Source of the DNA: Candidatus Obscuribacteraceae bacterium
GTDB taxonomy: Bacteria; Cyanobacteriota; Vampirovibrionia; Obscuribacterales; Obscuribacteraceae
Assembly (NCBI GenBank): GCA_044229845.1
Contig: JBGASG010000010.1
Coordinates: 96,001-160,000, forward strand
Reading direction: 5' to 3'
DNA length: 64,000 nt
The notes beneath the pieces were generated by a model. The model was not told the DNA's origin. It ran no database searches and saw only the letters and a program-made list of their open reading frames with translations. Below, piece after piece: positions 40,980 through 50,117 of the stretch; the stretch's first letter is position 1; each line of letters starts with the position of its first letter. Made by a program: the position numbers and the translations under genes.

Positions 40980-41116
40980 TCGCGCCCTCCCGGGGCGGCA
41001 GTTGCTGCGGGCTAACTGTATCCATCATTAGCAACTGAATCTGAAAAAGTCTTGAAACCCCGAATGAATGTACAGCATAATGGCGCGGAGCAAATCTTCC
41101 GATCTGGCGATGCCTC

Positions 41117-42652
41117 TTGAGAATTTGTCTTCTATCGCGTGAATATCCCCCCGACACAGGTTGGGGCGGCATTGGCGCCTACACCTACCAGCACGCCCAC
41201 GGTTTGAAGCGACTGGGGCACGATGTAGAAGTCGTGGCGCTGGCTAAGAAGGAAGTGAGCAGCGAGCACGAATTGCCACCGCTGGAAACCGAAGGCATAA
41301 AGGTGCATCGCGCGATCTGGGGACCGCTGCTTGAGGATCTCTCGTCGATCTGTTTGATTTCTCCGTATTCGCACTATGTGCTGAAGTGTTCGCTGGCGCT
41401 CTGGCAGAAGTTTCTCAAGCGTCATCGCGAATTGCCTTTTGATGTTGTAGAAGCGCCGGAACATCTGGCCGAAGGCTTGTTTCCAGCGATGACTAAGATC
41501 TGTCCGCTGGTGGTCAGATTGCATACGCCACACTCCAAATTTGTGCAGGAGGGTTACCACAATCTCGTGCCGTCCTTCGATCTGCATATGGTGTCAAATC
41601 TGGAACGAACGGCGATGCTGGAAGCCGATGTTCTCTCTTCCCCGAGCGTGGACCTGGCTCGCTATGTCGCATCTGATTGCGGATATAAGCTAGAGGACAT
41701 CGAGATCGTCAGGAACCCGGTGGATGCCGATATCTTCTCGCCCGATGGACCGCGAGCAATTGCTGCCGACGGAGAGAAACCGGTGGTATTTTTCGCCGGT
41801 CGCCTGGAAGAACGCAAAGGTGTTTATGACCTGGTGACAGCAATTCCAACAGTGCTCACGTCCTGTCCGCAAGCGCGTTTCGTTTTCGTGGGCGCCGATA
41901 CCAACACCGCCCGCGGTGAAGGCTCAGTCCTGGCAGAACTAAAAGAACGGCTGCAAGCCAGCAACTCACTGCAATCCGTCAACTTCGTCGGCAAGGTGCC
42001 GCTGTCGGAGATGGCTAACTATTACCGCTCAGCGGACATCTGCGTGGTTCCGTCGCTCTATGACAATGCACCATATACGGTGCTGGAAGCGATGTCCTGC
42101 GGTAAGCCGATGGTCGGCTCTTCGGCGGGCGGAGTACCGGAGTACATTGTTCATGAAGAAACGGGACTGATCGTCCCGACCAGCAACTCCGAAGAACTCG
42201 CGAAAGCAATCAGCACGCTTTTGACGAATAAAGAAATGCGCCTGGCTTACGGAGCTGCGGCGCGGCGTCGCATCATGAATAGCTTTGAGCGCAGCTTAAT
42301 CGCCGGCGAAAATGCCCTCTACCGGAAAGCACCAGAGGAAGCTATTCAAGATTTCGTGACGATGTTGATTGCCTATCACGAGTCATTGTCAGAGCTGATT
42401 TATAAGCATGCAGCGGGACTCAATCGCCGACGCTGGCAACAACTGCTGGCTCACCGCCCCAAGTTGGCTATCGCAAAGCTCGTGTTGAGTTTCTTCCAGG
42501 CAGCATCGAAAGTTCCGATACTCGGCAAGCCGGCGGAGAAAATGGCGCGCCGCCTTGAGGTGGGTGTCGAGAACAAAGAACGCGAGGCACAGGAGAAAAT
42601 GCTCGAGCGGCTGTTTCTGCTGTTCGATCTGCCGGCTAAAGCTCGCAGCTAG
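41117..42652 (+). CDS. Glycosyltransferase family 4 with C-terminal extension
   Basis: SREYPP..GGIG, GRLEERKG, DNAPYTVLEAMSCG, GGVPE. Confidence 0.92.
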   Translation: MRICLLSREYPPDTGWGGIGAYTYQHAHGLKRLGHDVEVVALAKKEVSSEHELPPLETEGIKVHRAIWGPLLEDLSSICLISPYSHYVLKCSLALWQKFLKRHRELPFDVVEAPEHLAEGLFPAMTKICPLVVRLHTPHSKFVQEGYHNLVPSFDLHMVSNLERTAMLEADVLSSPSVDLARYVASDCGYKLEDIEIVRNPVDADIFSPDGPRAIAADGEKPVVFFAGRLEERKGVYDLVTAIPTVLTSCPQARFVFVGADTNTARGEGSVLAELKERLQASNSLQSVNFVGKVPLSEMANYYRSADICVVPSLYDNAPYTVLEAMSCGKPMVGSSAGGVPEYIVHEETGLIVPTSNSEELAKAISTLLTNKEMRLAYGAAARRRIMNSFERSLIAGENALYRKAPEEAIQDFVTMLIAYHESLSELIYKHAAGLNRRRWQQLLAHRPKLAIAKLVLSFFQAASKVPILGKPAEKMARRLEVGVENKEREAQEKMLERLFLLFDLPAKARS

Positions 42653-42674
42653 GTAGGGCACAAAAATCGCGCGC

Positions 42675-43940
42675 TCAGCGGGGCGCAGTTTCTTTCAGAT
42701 GCTTGTAGAGCGTTTCGGCGACCAACTTATGCCCCGCCGGCGAATAATGGATGTGGTAGAAGAGCGGGCTCTCTTGCAGCGGCGCCAGCGATGGGAAGAC
42801 CTCGTTCAGATTGACCACCTCGAACCCCTGGCTGGCGCCCAGCTTCTTCAGGTTGGCAATCTCTTGCAGATAAAAGAGCATGTTGTTGGGTGCCGGCAGC
42901 GGCGCCACGATCAGCCTGCCGCCCTGTGCGCGCACAGCATGGTTGAATCGGCGAAAAATCGCGGCGGTGATGTTGAAATTTTGATCGCTAGCCCACTGAT
43001 ACATCTGAAAGTCTGAATTGGGCACTCCTGTGTGTGCCGGATTGAAAGGTGCGGCATCGGCAGCCGCATGTTCGGCGTCGAGAGCAGTGACCACTTCCCG
43101 CTCAGGTTGCACCGTCTCTGGTGGCAGAGCTTTGCCTTTAGGCATAAATCGATTGAGCACGTCGTGTATGGGCTTGTAGTACTTGTTGCCGGCCATGTTC
43201 ATGTCGGTCTTCGCAATCACGCCCCAGAGACGGCAGTTGCGCCGCAGCCAATCCAATTTTGTGAGCAGCCGAGCGTTGTCGCTGGCCAGGTATTTGTCCA
43301 GGTACGAGAAGTCGCTGACCAGCTCTCCTTCCGGTGTGATAGCGAAATAGGGACGCGGCGACGGTTCCTTGCTTTCGGGCGTGCGGTTTTCGCCGGAGTC
43401 GAGCGCGTGGAAACAAACAATGGTGATGTCCGGTTCGTAGCCGGCTACATCGCGCAGCCACTGGTAGTACTCCTGCCCTGTGCTGTACCCACCCATCCCG
43501 AAGTTGAGTACTTCGAATTTCTTGTTCGCCAATCCGGCGTTGAGCTTGTCTTCGAGCAAGCAGCTGAATCGGCTGGCAAATGGAACTTGCAGCGCTTCCG
43601 CATTCGAATCACCCAGTATGACGATGCGCGTGATGCCGGGCGGTTTGGCGACGCTGCGCGGAACGTCGTACATGCCGGCGGCATTGGTGCGCTCAGAAGA
43701 ATAGCCCTCAGAGCGGAAGGTGATCGGCTGGCTCTCCAGATGTGTGTAGCCCAGCACATTGTCGATTTTCAAATACTCTTCTTCGCCGACATGCGCTGCG
43801 CGACAGATCAGTTCCAGCACAATCAGGCAAACCGGAATCAAAACAATCGCAATCAGCAATCCTTTCAACACCGCCCAGAGGACGCTCCTCGGCTGCAGCT
43901 CCGGATGCGGGCTGTGCGGCTTGACTGGTCGTTCTAGCAC
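42675..43940 (-). CDS. Membrane-anchored SGNH hydrolase-fold protein (AlgJ/PatB-like acyltransferase partner)
   Basis: LGDSN, NFGMGGYST, HIHYSPAGH; downstream of an MBOAT gene; start uncertain. Confidence 0.8.
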   Translation of the reverse strand: MLERPVKPHSPHPELQPRSVLWAVLKGLLIAIVLIPVCLIVLELICRAAHVGEEEYLKIDNVLGYTHLESQPITFRSEGYSSERTNAAGMYDVPRSVAKPPGITRIVILGDSNAEALQVPFASRFSCLLEDKLNAGLANKKFEVLNFGMGGYSTGQEYYQWLRDVAGYEPDITIVCFHALDSGENRTPESKEPSPRPYFAITPEGELVSDFSYLDKYLASDNARLLTKLDWLRRNCRLWGVIAKTDMNMAGNKYYKPIHDVLNRFMPKGKALPPETVQPEREVVTALDAEHAAADAAPFNPAHTGVPNSDFQMYQWASDQNFNITAAIFRRFNHAVRAQGGRLIVAPLPAPNNMLFYLQEIANLKKLGASQGFEVVNLNEVFPSLAPLQESPLFYHIHYSPAGHKLVAETLYKHLKETAPR

Positions 43941-43960
43941 TATTCCTTTCACATGCACCC

Positions 43961-45472
43961 CTAGAACTGGAAGTAAATGAAGGGAACGGAGCGATGCGGC
44001 GCCAGGGCCACAATCATGAAGGCGCAAGCGGCAGCGAGCACGACACGAACGGCTATCGGTCTGGCGAGATCGCTGAAAAAGGGCAGTTCGACCGGTGCCG
44101 CAAGTTTCTCATCGCTCTGCTCATTGGCGCGCTCATACATCGAACGAGCAATGAAGACGCCACCATAGAGGGTGCAGGCGACCGGCAGGACCGACTGCCA
44201 GAATTGCCGCCACAAAGACCCATCGACCAGCGAGGAGTGGGCGGGTCCGGTGACCAGTCCGGAGAAGATCTGCAAGCCCTGCGTCATGTTTTCACAGCGG
44301 AACAGATTGAATCCCAGGCAAGCAAAAATGAAGGTGGCTGCCACCGAAAGCAAGTGATAGGGCTGCGAGTTCCTGAGGGCAGTCAACGCAGGATTGGCGT
44401 TAACCAGCTTTTCGTAAAAACGGTGCACCACAAGACCGAAGCCGTGGAACATGCCGAAAGCGACGAAGTGCCACGCGGCGCCATGCCAGAGCCCGCAAAG
44501 AAACATGGTGATCAGCAGGTTGGCGGCCATCCAGAATTCGCCGCTGCGCGAACCACCCAGCGGAATGTACACGTAATCACGCAACCAGTTCGACAGAGTC
44601 ATGTGCCAGCGCCGCCAGAAATCTTTGACGTTATTGGCGAGCAGGGGTAGATTGAAGTTTTCAGGCAACCTGTAACCGAGCACCAGCGCCGACCCTCGCC
44701 CGATGTCGGTATATCCGGAAAAATCGAAGTAGAGCTGACAGCAAAATGCGATGATGCAAATCCAGGCATCCGGCAATGACATCGCCGTTGGTGCCTTATA
44801 TCCGGCTTGCACGATCGCAGCCAGGTTGTCGCCGAGCACGACCTTTTTGAAAAGTCCCTGCAAAATCAGGATCAGTCCTTGCTGGAACATGGCGCCATCG
44901 AACTTTGCCGGCTCAGCAAGCTGGGGATCGAAGTCTTGAAAGCGCTTGATCGGCCCTGCGATCTGCGATGGGAAGAAAGCCGCGAACACACCAAAGCGAA
45001 TCGGATTTTTGATCGGCTTGGTGCCCTGGAAAATGTCCACCAGGTAGTGAATGAATTCGAAAACGAAAAACGAGATGCCCAGCGGAAGGATAATCGGCAG
45101 GTCTTCCATGCCGGTCGTCAGAGGCTTGCCGAGATGCGCCAGATGACTTACGAAGCCGCCCATATTATTGAGCGCATCCAGTATGAAATTGGTGTATTTG
45201 AAGAGCGCCAAAAGCCCAAGATTTAGCGTGATGCCGCCAATCAGAACCAACCGCCGATAAGTTTTGGACTGCAGTCGCGCCAGGAGCAGCCCCAGCAAAT
45301 ATGTTGCGACCGTCATACCAATCAGCAATACGCCGCATATCTTCGACCAGCTCATGTAGAAAACATAGCTGGCGACCAGCAGAACGATTGCCTTCAGCTG
45401 GCGCGGCACGAGCCAATAAATGGCGAACACCGCAGGCAGAAAAAGCAGATATTCGAGGCTGTTGAAGAGCAT
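43961..45472 (-). CDS. MBOAT O-acyltransferase (AlgI/PatA/DltB family)
   Basis: LPLGISFF, DFSGYTD, FWRRWHMTLS, GLWHGA, C-terminal FIYFQF. Confidence 0.95.
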   Translation of the reverse strand: MLFNSLEYLLFLPAVFAIYWLVPRQLKAIVLLVASYVFYMSWSKICGVLLIGMTVATYLLGLLLARLQSKTYRRLVLIGGITLNLGLLALFKYTNFILDALNNMGGFVSHLAHLGKPLTTGMEDLPIILPLGISFFVFEFIHYLVDIFQGTKPIKNPIRFGVFAAFFPSQIAGPIKRFQDFDPQLAEPAKFDGAMFQQGLILILQGLFKKVVLGDNLAAIVQAGYKAPTAMSLPDAWICIIAFCCQLYFDFSGYTDIGRGSALVLGYRLPENFNLPLLANNVKDFWRRWHMTLSNWLRDYVYIPLGGSRSGEFWMAANLLITMFLCGLWHGAAWHFVAFGMFHGFGLVVHRFYEKLVNANPALTALRNSQPYHLLSVAATFIFACLGFNLFRCENMTQGLQIFSGLVTGPAHSSLVDGSLWRQFWQSVLPVACTLYGGVFIARSMYERANEQSDEKLAAPVELPFFSDLARPIAVRVVLAAACAFMIVALAPHRSVPFIYFQF

Positions 45473-45692
45473 CCGTGATTATTCCGCGCGCAACTCTCAA
45501 GACTAGTTCAGTTGCCGCTTGAAAACATTACGAACCATTTATGCTCATGTTTACAGTTCGCCACCAGAGACACCACATCCGGTGACGAAACGGCGGCAGA
45601 TTGCCACTTTGTTACCTCAAGATCATGTTGGCTACCTGCCCAACCACTATGATCATTTGAATCAGTTGTGAAGTGGGACAGCAGCTCAGCGC

Positions 45693-46898
45693 ATGCAGAA
45701 ATTTCGCCTCGTGACGAGCAGACCCGTGGTCATCGCCGCCGTGTTGCTGGCGGTTGTCAACGGATTGCTATATGCGACCAACCCTCTCTCGAAGGTCGAC
45801 CCCGAACTCCTCATGGGCGCCCGCAGCTGGGCATGGTGGGCAGTTCAGGACTACAAAAAGGTTCAGCCTGATGTCGTCGTCACCGGGTCATCCATGGTGA
45901 TGCACCCGCTCTGGCACCAGGAAGCCCAATACCGCCAGCAGAATGTCGAACTTATTGTCGACCACAGGAGTCATTTCCTGGAGTCCTTTCTAGATAAAGC
46001 GACCGGCAAACCCGTAAAGGTCTTCAATTTTGGATTGCCTGGCGGCATGGCATCGGATGCATTCATTACAGTGCGCGCGATTTCGCAGATGCCACAGCCA
46101 AAACCCAAGGTGGCTGTGATTTGTCTATGCGTGCGCGACATGATGGACAACAGCTTTGGGTGCGCGGCAACTTCACGTCATTACGATCTGTTTTCACGCC
46201 TGGCAGATACCAGCGATGTTGCTGAACTGGCAGTGCCCAAGCCACTCGACAAAGGTCGAGTTTTGCTGCGCGATGCGGTTTTCCTGAAGCGCAAGAACAA
46301 AGAGGTCAACGCTGTATTGACCGCAAAGACCCGCGAGATCGCCAGTAAAGCCTACAAACATCTGCCGCCAAGTCCACTGGACAATGTTTCTCCCGAGAAA
46401 TCAGTCAAGTTTGCATTCCAGAACGATGAGCTGGAGCAAGGCTTCTGGATCGCCAAGCCGAATGTGCCTCGCTGGTATGTGGAAGCGAGCGCCGACTGCC
46501 GCAAGCGAATGCGGCGCACCAATGATGACGTGTTTAATAATCAAGTCGCGTTCTTGGACCTTTGTTTGAAAGAGTGCAAGCAAAACGGCATTGTGCCGGT
46601 GCTGGTCAATATGCCTACTTCGCCGGTGATGAAACAGGTACTGAAGCCCGGCATGTACGAACGCCACATGAATGCATTGACTGCGATGGCAAAGAAATGG
46701 AACGTCGAGTTGATCGACGCCAACCAGGATATATACACAGCTGAAGACTTCACGGATTGGGCCCATATGCACGCCACAGGCGGCCAAAAGGCGTTTGGAA
46801 TCATCGGTCGTGCCCTTGCTGCCAATACGGTGGCTGTAAAACAGCTCTCCGCCTCGTCGCAAGTGGCAACCACAAAGGAGGCTGGTCATGCTTTTTAA
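45693..46898 (+). CDS. SGNH-like protein (DltD/DUF1574-like)
   Basis: N-terminal anchor, TGSS, NFGLPG, FTDWAHM (DxxH). Confidence 0.78.
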   Translation: MQKFRLVTSRPVVIAAVLLAVVNGLLYATNPLSKVDPELLMGARSWAWWAVQDYKKVQPDVVVTGSSMVMHPLWHQEAQYRQQNVELIVDHRSHFLESFLDKATGKPVKVFNFGLPGGMASDAFITVRAISQMPQPKPKVAVICLCVRDMMDNSFGCAATSRHYDLFSRLADTSDVAELAVPKPLDKGRVLLRDAVFLKRKNKEVNAVLTAKTREIASKAYKHLPPSPLDNVSPEKSVKFAFQNDELEQGFWIAKPNVPRWYVEASADCRKRMRRTNDDVFNNQVAFLDLCLKECKQNGIVPVLVNMPTSPVMKQVLKPGMYERHMNALTAMAKKWNVELIDANQDIYTAEDFTDWAHMHATGGQKAFGIIGRALAANTVAVKQLSASSQVATTKEAGHAF

Positions 46899-48369
46899 CA
46901 GCCTCACTTATCTGATCTTCTTGCCCGTGACAGTCGCACTTTACTGGCTGATTCCATTCAAACTGCGCACTCCGCTGCTGATCGTGGCCAGCTACGTGTT
47001 CTACATGTCGTGGAAACCAATCTACGGCTTGCTGCTGTTGGCGCTAACCGTAATCAACTACTTGTTCGGGCTGGCCATTCATAAATACGAGTCGAAGAAG
47101 AAGAGCATTCTTGTCGGTGCGCTGGTTGCCAACCTCGGCATGCTGGCTTACTTCAAGTACACATATTTCCTGCGCGATACCGCCAACGGTGCAATGTCCT
47201 TGCTGGGACCCAACGCCCCGCAATTGCCACCGATTGCCTGGGAGATTTTCCTGCCCCTGGGCATTTCGTTCTTCGTGTTCGAATTTATCCATTACGTCGT
47301 GGACGTCCACAATGGACATCAGCCCGTGCGCAAGTTCCTCGACTTCGCGCTGTTTGCCAGTTTCTTCCCGACGCAGCTCGCCGGTCCTATCAAACGCTTC
47401 CAGGACTTCATTCCGCAATTGTTGTCGCCACGCAAATTAACCAGCAGCGACTTCGATGAAGCCATTGATTTGATTATGCTCGGTCTATTCAAGAAAGTGG
47501 TGCTCGCCGACAACATCGCCCTGGTCGTCAACCGCTGCTATGCCAACTGGCAGCTGCTCAACGGCGTCGACATGTGGCTTGCTGCCTGGGCATTCGCCTT
47601 CCAGGTCTACTACGACTTCTCCGGCTACACTGATATCGCCCGCGGTTCAGCATTGCTTTTCGGCTTCAAAGTGCCGATCAACTTCAACTTGCCGTACATG
47701 GCCGGTTCCATTTCGGACTACTGGCGCCGGTGGCACATCTCGCTCTCGCTCTGGATTCGCGACTACCTGTTTATCCCACTTGGGGGAAATAAGAAAGGTC
47801 CCTGGCTGGCTTGCTTCAACGTTTTCGTCACCATGGCACTGGCGGGACTGTGGCACGGCGCGGCTGATCACTTCGTAGCCTTTGGCGTCGTCATCGGCGC
47901 CATGATGGTGATTCATCGCCTCTGGCGCTTCGCTGTCGAGAAGAGCTCCCTGCTCACACAAATAGTATCGACGCAAGCCTTCCATGTATTTGCGATTCTT
48001 CTGACGTTCAACTCGTTCATGTTCTGCATGGCGACATTCCGCGCGCCCAACGTGCCAACCGGACTCGCTATCTGGAACAAGATGCTCTTCATCCCGGACA
48101 TCATGTCGGGAACGTGGCATCTGCAGCCGACCATACTGCGGACAGCGGAGTCACCCTTGTTCCAAATATTGCCTGTCTTGTTATTGGCTTGCTACCTGGC
48201 ACAGGCTGGACTGTATGGCTTTGCGAAAGCAACCGGCAAGGATGATGCAAAACAGCCTGCCGTGCCCCTGCCCCGCTTCCTGAAGCCGGTGTACATCGCA
48301 GCCGTGACAATTCTGCTGATCCTGTTCTCGCCGCAAATCACGCCGCAATTCATCTACTACCAATTCTGA
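46888..48369 (+). CDS. MBOAT O-acyltransferase (AlgI/PatA/DltB family), second paralogue
   Basis: LPLGISFF, DFSGYTD, WRRWHISLS, GLWHGA, C-terminal FIYYQF. Confidence 0.95.
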   Translation: MLFNSLTYLIFLPVTVALYWLIPFKLRTPLLIVASYVFYMSWKPIYGLLLLALTVINYLFGLAIHKYESKKKSILVGALVANLGMLAYFKYTYFLRDTANGAMSLLGPNAPQLPPIAWEIFLPLGISFFVFEFIHYVVDVHNGHQPVRKFLDFALFASFFPTQLAGPIKRFQDFIPQLLSPRKLTSSDFDEAIDLIMLGLFKKVVLADNIALVVNRCYANWQLLNGVDMWLAAWAFAFQVYYDFSGYTDIARGSALLFGFKVPINFNLPYMAGSISDYWRRWHISLSLWIRDYLFIPLGGNKKGPWLACFNVFVTMALAGLWHGAADHFVAFGVVIGAMMVIHRLWRFAVEKSSLLTQIVSTQAFHVFAILLTFNSFMFCMATFRAPNVPTGLAIWNKMLFIPDIMSGTWHLQPTILRTAESPLFQILPVLLLACYLAQAGLYGFAKATGKDDAKQPAVPLPRFLKPVYIAAVTILLILFSPQITPQFIYYQF

Positions 48370-48390
48370 TTCGGTGCAGGGAGTTAGGCG

Positions 48391-50112
48391 ATGCAAACTA
48401 TCGTTCAAACACCGAGTGGACTTGTTGCAGCTAGCAACTCGTCAAATGCACCAACAGGTCGGAGACACATCAACTGCCTAACCTCACTCCGAATTTTCCC
48501 TGCCATCATTGTGATTCTCTTTCACGCCGGGGAACACTTCCCGTGCATACGCGGGTGCTTGAATCACGTTGCTGTCACTCAAGTAATGAGTTTCTTCTTT
48601 GTACTTTCAGGTTTCATTCTGACCCTGAATTACCCCCGAATTGATGGCTTCAAAGCGACCATGTCCTTCTATGTCGCGCGTGTCGCTCGCGTATGGCCTG
48701 CGCACGTAATCTGTCTGCTCCTACTCATCGGGCTGATTCCTGAAGCCTTCAAGCTCACTTCGGCATCTCTTCCGAAGTTTCTCGCCAATATCACACTCAC
48801 ACATGCTTGGTGGCCAAACTGGCAATACTACTTTTCGTTCAACGCTCCTTCCTGGAGCAACTCCACTGACATGGTGTTGTACTTAGCCTTCCCTCTCTTG
48901 CTCGTCGGTTTAAGCAACAGCAAGAAGCGTTGGTTGGTGGCGGCGACAGTTATTGGTTTGACGGCTACCGCGATAGCGGTCTGTAATGTCCTGCACTTGC
49001 CTGAATTCTCGCCAACTGACCCTTCGAGTCAGGGGATATTGTATGTTCAACCACTAACGCGCTTGCTCGAATTTGCGATTGGCATGTCAGCCGCCCTCCT
49101 ATTCACTAAGTGGACTTCAAGATGGGATTTGGGCACAGCAAAGACAACTATTCTTGAGTGTACGATTCTAGGTGTGGTGGCATTGTTGAACCTCACGAGT
49201 TCCTCCATTAGAGTTGCCTCGGTGCCATTCCTTGGAGAACCTGGTGGATACTGGCTCCAAAACAGTGGACTCCCAGTCTTTGGACTCGCCGCGCTATTTA
49301 TGTGCCTCGCGACCGAGAAGGGATTGATCGCAAAGTCGCTCAACTCAAGAGTTTTTGTGACACTCGGAGAACTCAGCTTTGCTATATACATGTTGCACTC
49401 GGTGATGCTGGCTCATCACGGAATCAACAACCCAAAGGCAGACGGACCCAGCGACTTCTTTCTCTACTTAATTGTGCTGTTGGTAAGTGCGCACCTTTTG
49501 TGGAGACTTGCGGAGCGTCCAATGCGAAGAATCATTTTGTCAATCGGCACCTTCTGGCTTAACCTTAACTCTTCGAATCGCCAAGTCCACGAAGCTGGAA
49601 GTAGGGCGAAGTCCTCGGGCGTCTCAATTTGGCTGATAGCAGAATGCGCACTACTGGTAGTGCTAATTTACTGCTCCATGCCCACCTTGACCTGCATTTC
49701 TAAGGCACAAGCCGAACGCTCAGCTCCTTTGGCGCAAGTCAAGGACATTGCCTACTCCCCGTTCCTAAAATTGAAGAGTGCCGTGGCCAGAACCTCTGGA
49801 AGAAGCTCCACTCTCGAACTGATCTGGGAATCCACAAGATCGCAAAACCCCAACTTTCTAATCGTCGCGGACGTACTCGATGCTTCAAAACAAACCATCG
49901 GGCACACATCGTACATGCAGGACCTGCGGCTTGTAAGAGTCAATCCTGGAGACTTGTGGATTGAGCGCGTCAACATAGGGACTGCTGCTGGGACTGCCGC
50001 CAAGTACTTCTCAATAAAGGTGCTACAGCGAAAGCGAAACGTCATAAGCCCTGATACCAGCGGACAACCCGGCCCCCAACCTCAAACCATACTTGTCCCG
50101 ATTACCTTCTAA
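48391..50112 (+). CDS. Acyltransferase-3 (OafA/OatA-like) with C-terminal soluble beta domain
   Basis: LTSLR..FH, FFVLSGFIL, RVARVWP, PSWS, LGELSFAIYMLH, ERP. Confidence 0.88.
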   Translation: MQTIVQTPSGLVAASNSSNAPTGRRHINCLTSLRIFPAIIVILFHAGEHFPCIRGCLNHVAVTQVMSFFFVLSGFILTLNYPRIDGFKATMSFYVARVARVWPAHVICLLLLIGLIPEAFKLTSASLPKFLANITLTHAWWPNWQYYFSFNAPSWSNSTDMVLYLAFPLLLVGLSNSKKRWLVAATVIGLTATAIAVCNVLHLPEFSPTDPSSQGILYVQPLTRLLEFAIGMSAALLFTKWTSRWDLGTAKTTILECTILGVVALLNLTSSSIRVASVPFLGEPGGYWLQNSGLPVFGLAALFMCLATEKGLIAKSLNSRVFVTLGELSFAIYMLHSVMLAHHGINNPKADGPSDFFLYLIVLLVSAHLLWRLAERPMRRIILSIGTFWLNLNSSNRQVHEAGSRAKSSGVSIWLIAECALLVVLIYCSMPTLTCISKAQAERSAPLAQVKDIAYSPFLKLKSAVARTSGRSSTLELIWESTRSQNPNFLIVADVLDASKQTIGHTSYMQDLRLVRVNPGDLWIERVNIGTAAGTAAKYFSIKVLQRKRNVISPDTSGQPGPQPQTILVPITF

Positions 50113-50117
50113 TTGCC

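Noticed and set aside
42280..42340. Possible in-frame deletion after the GT4 core (FERSLIAGENALY)
   Set aside because: The terminal helix looks short, but this cannot be judged without homologue alignments; the frame is intact
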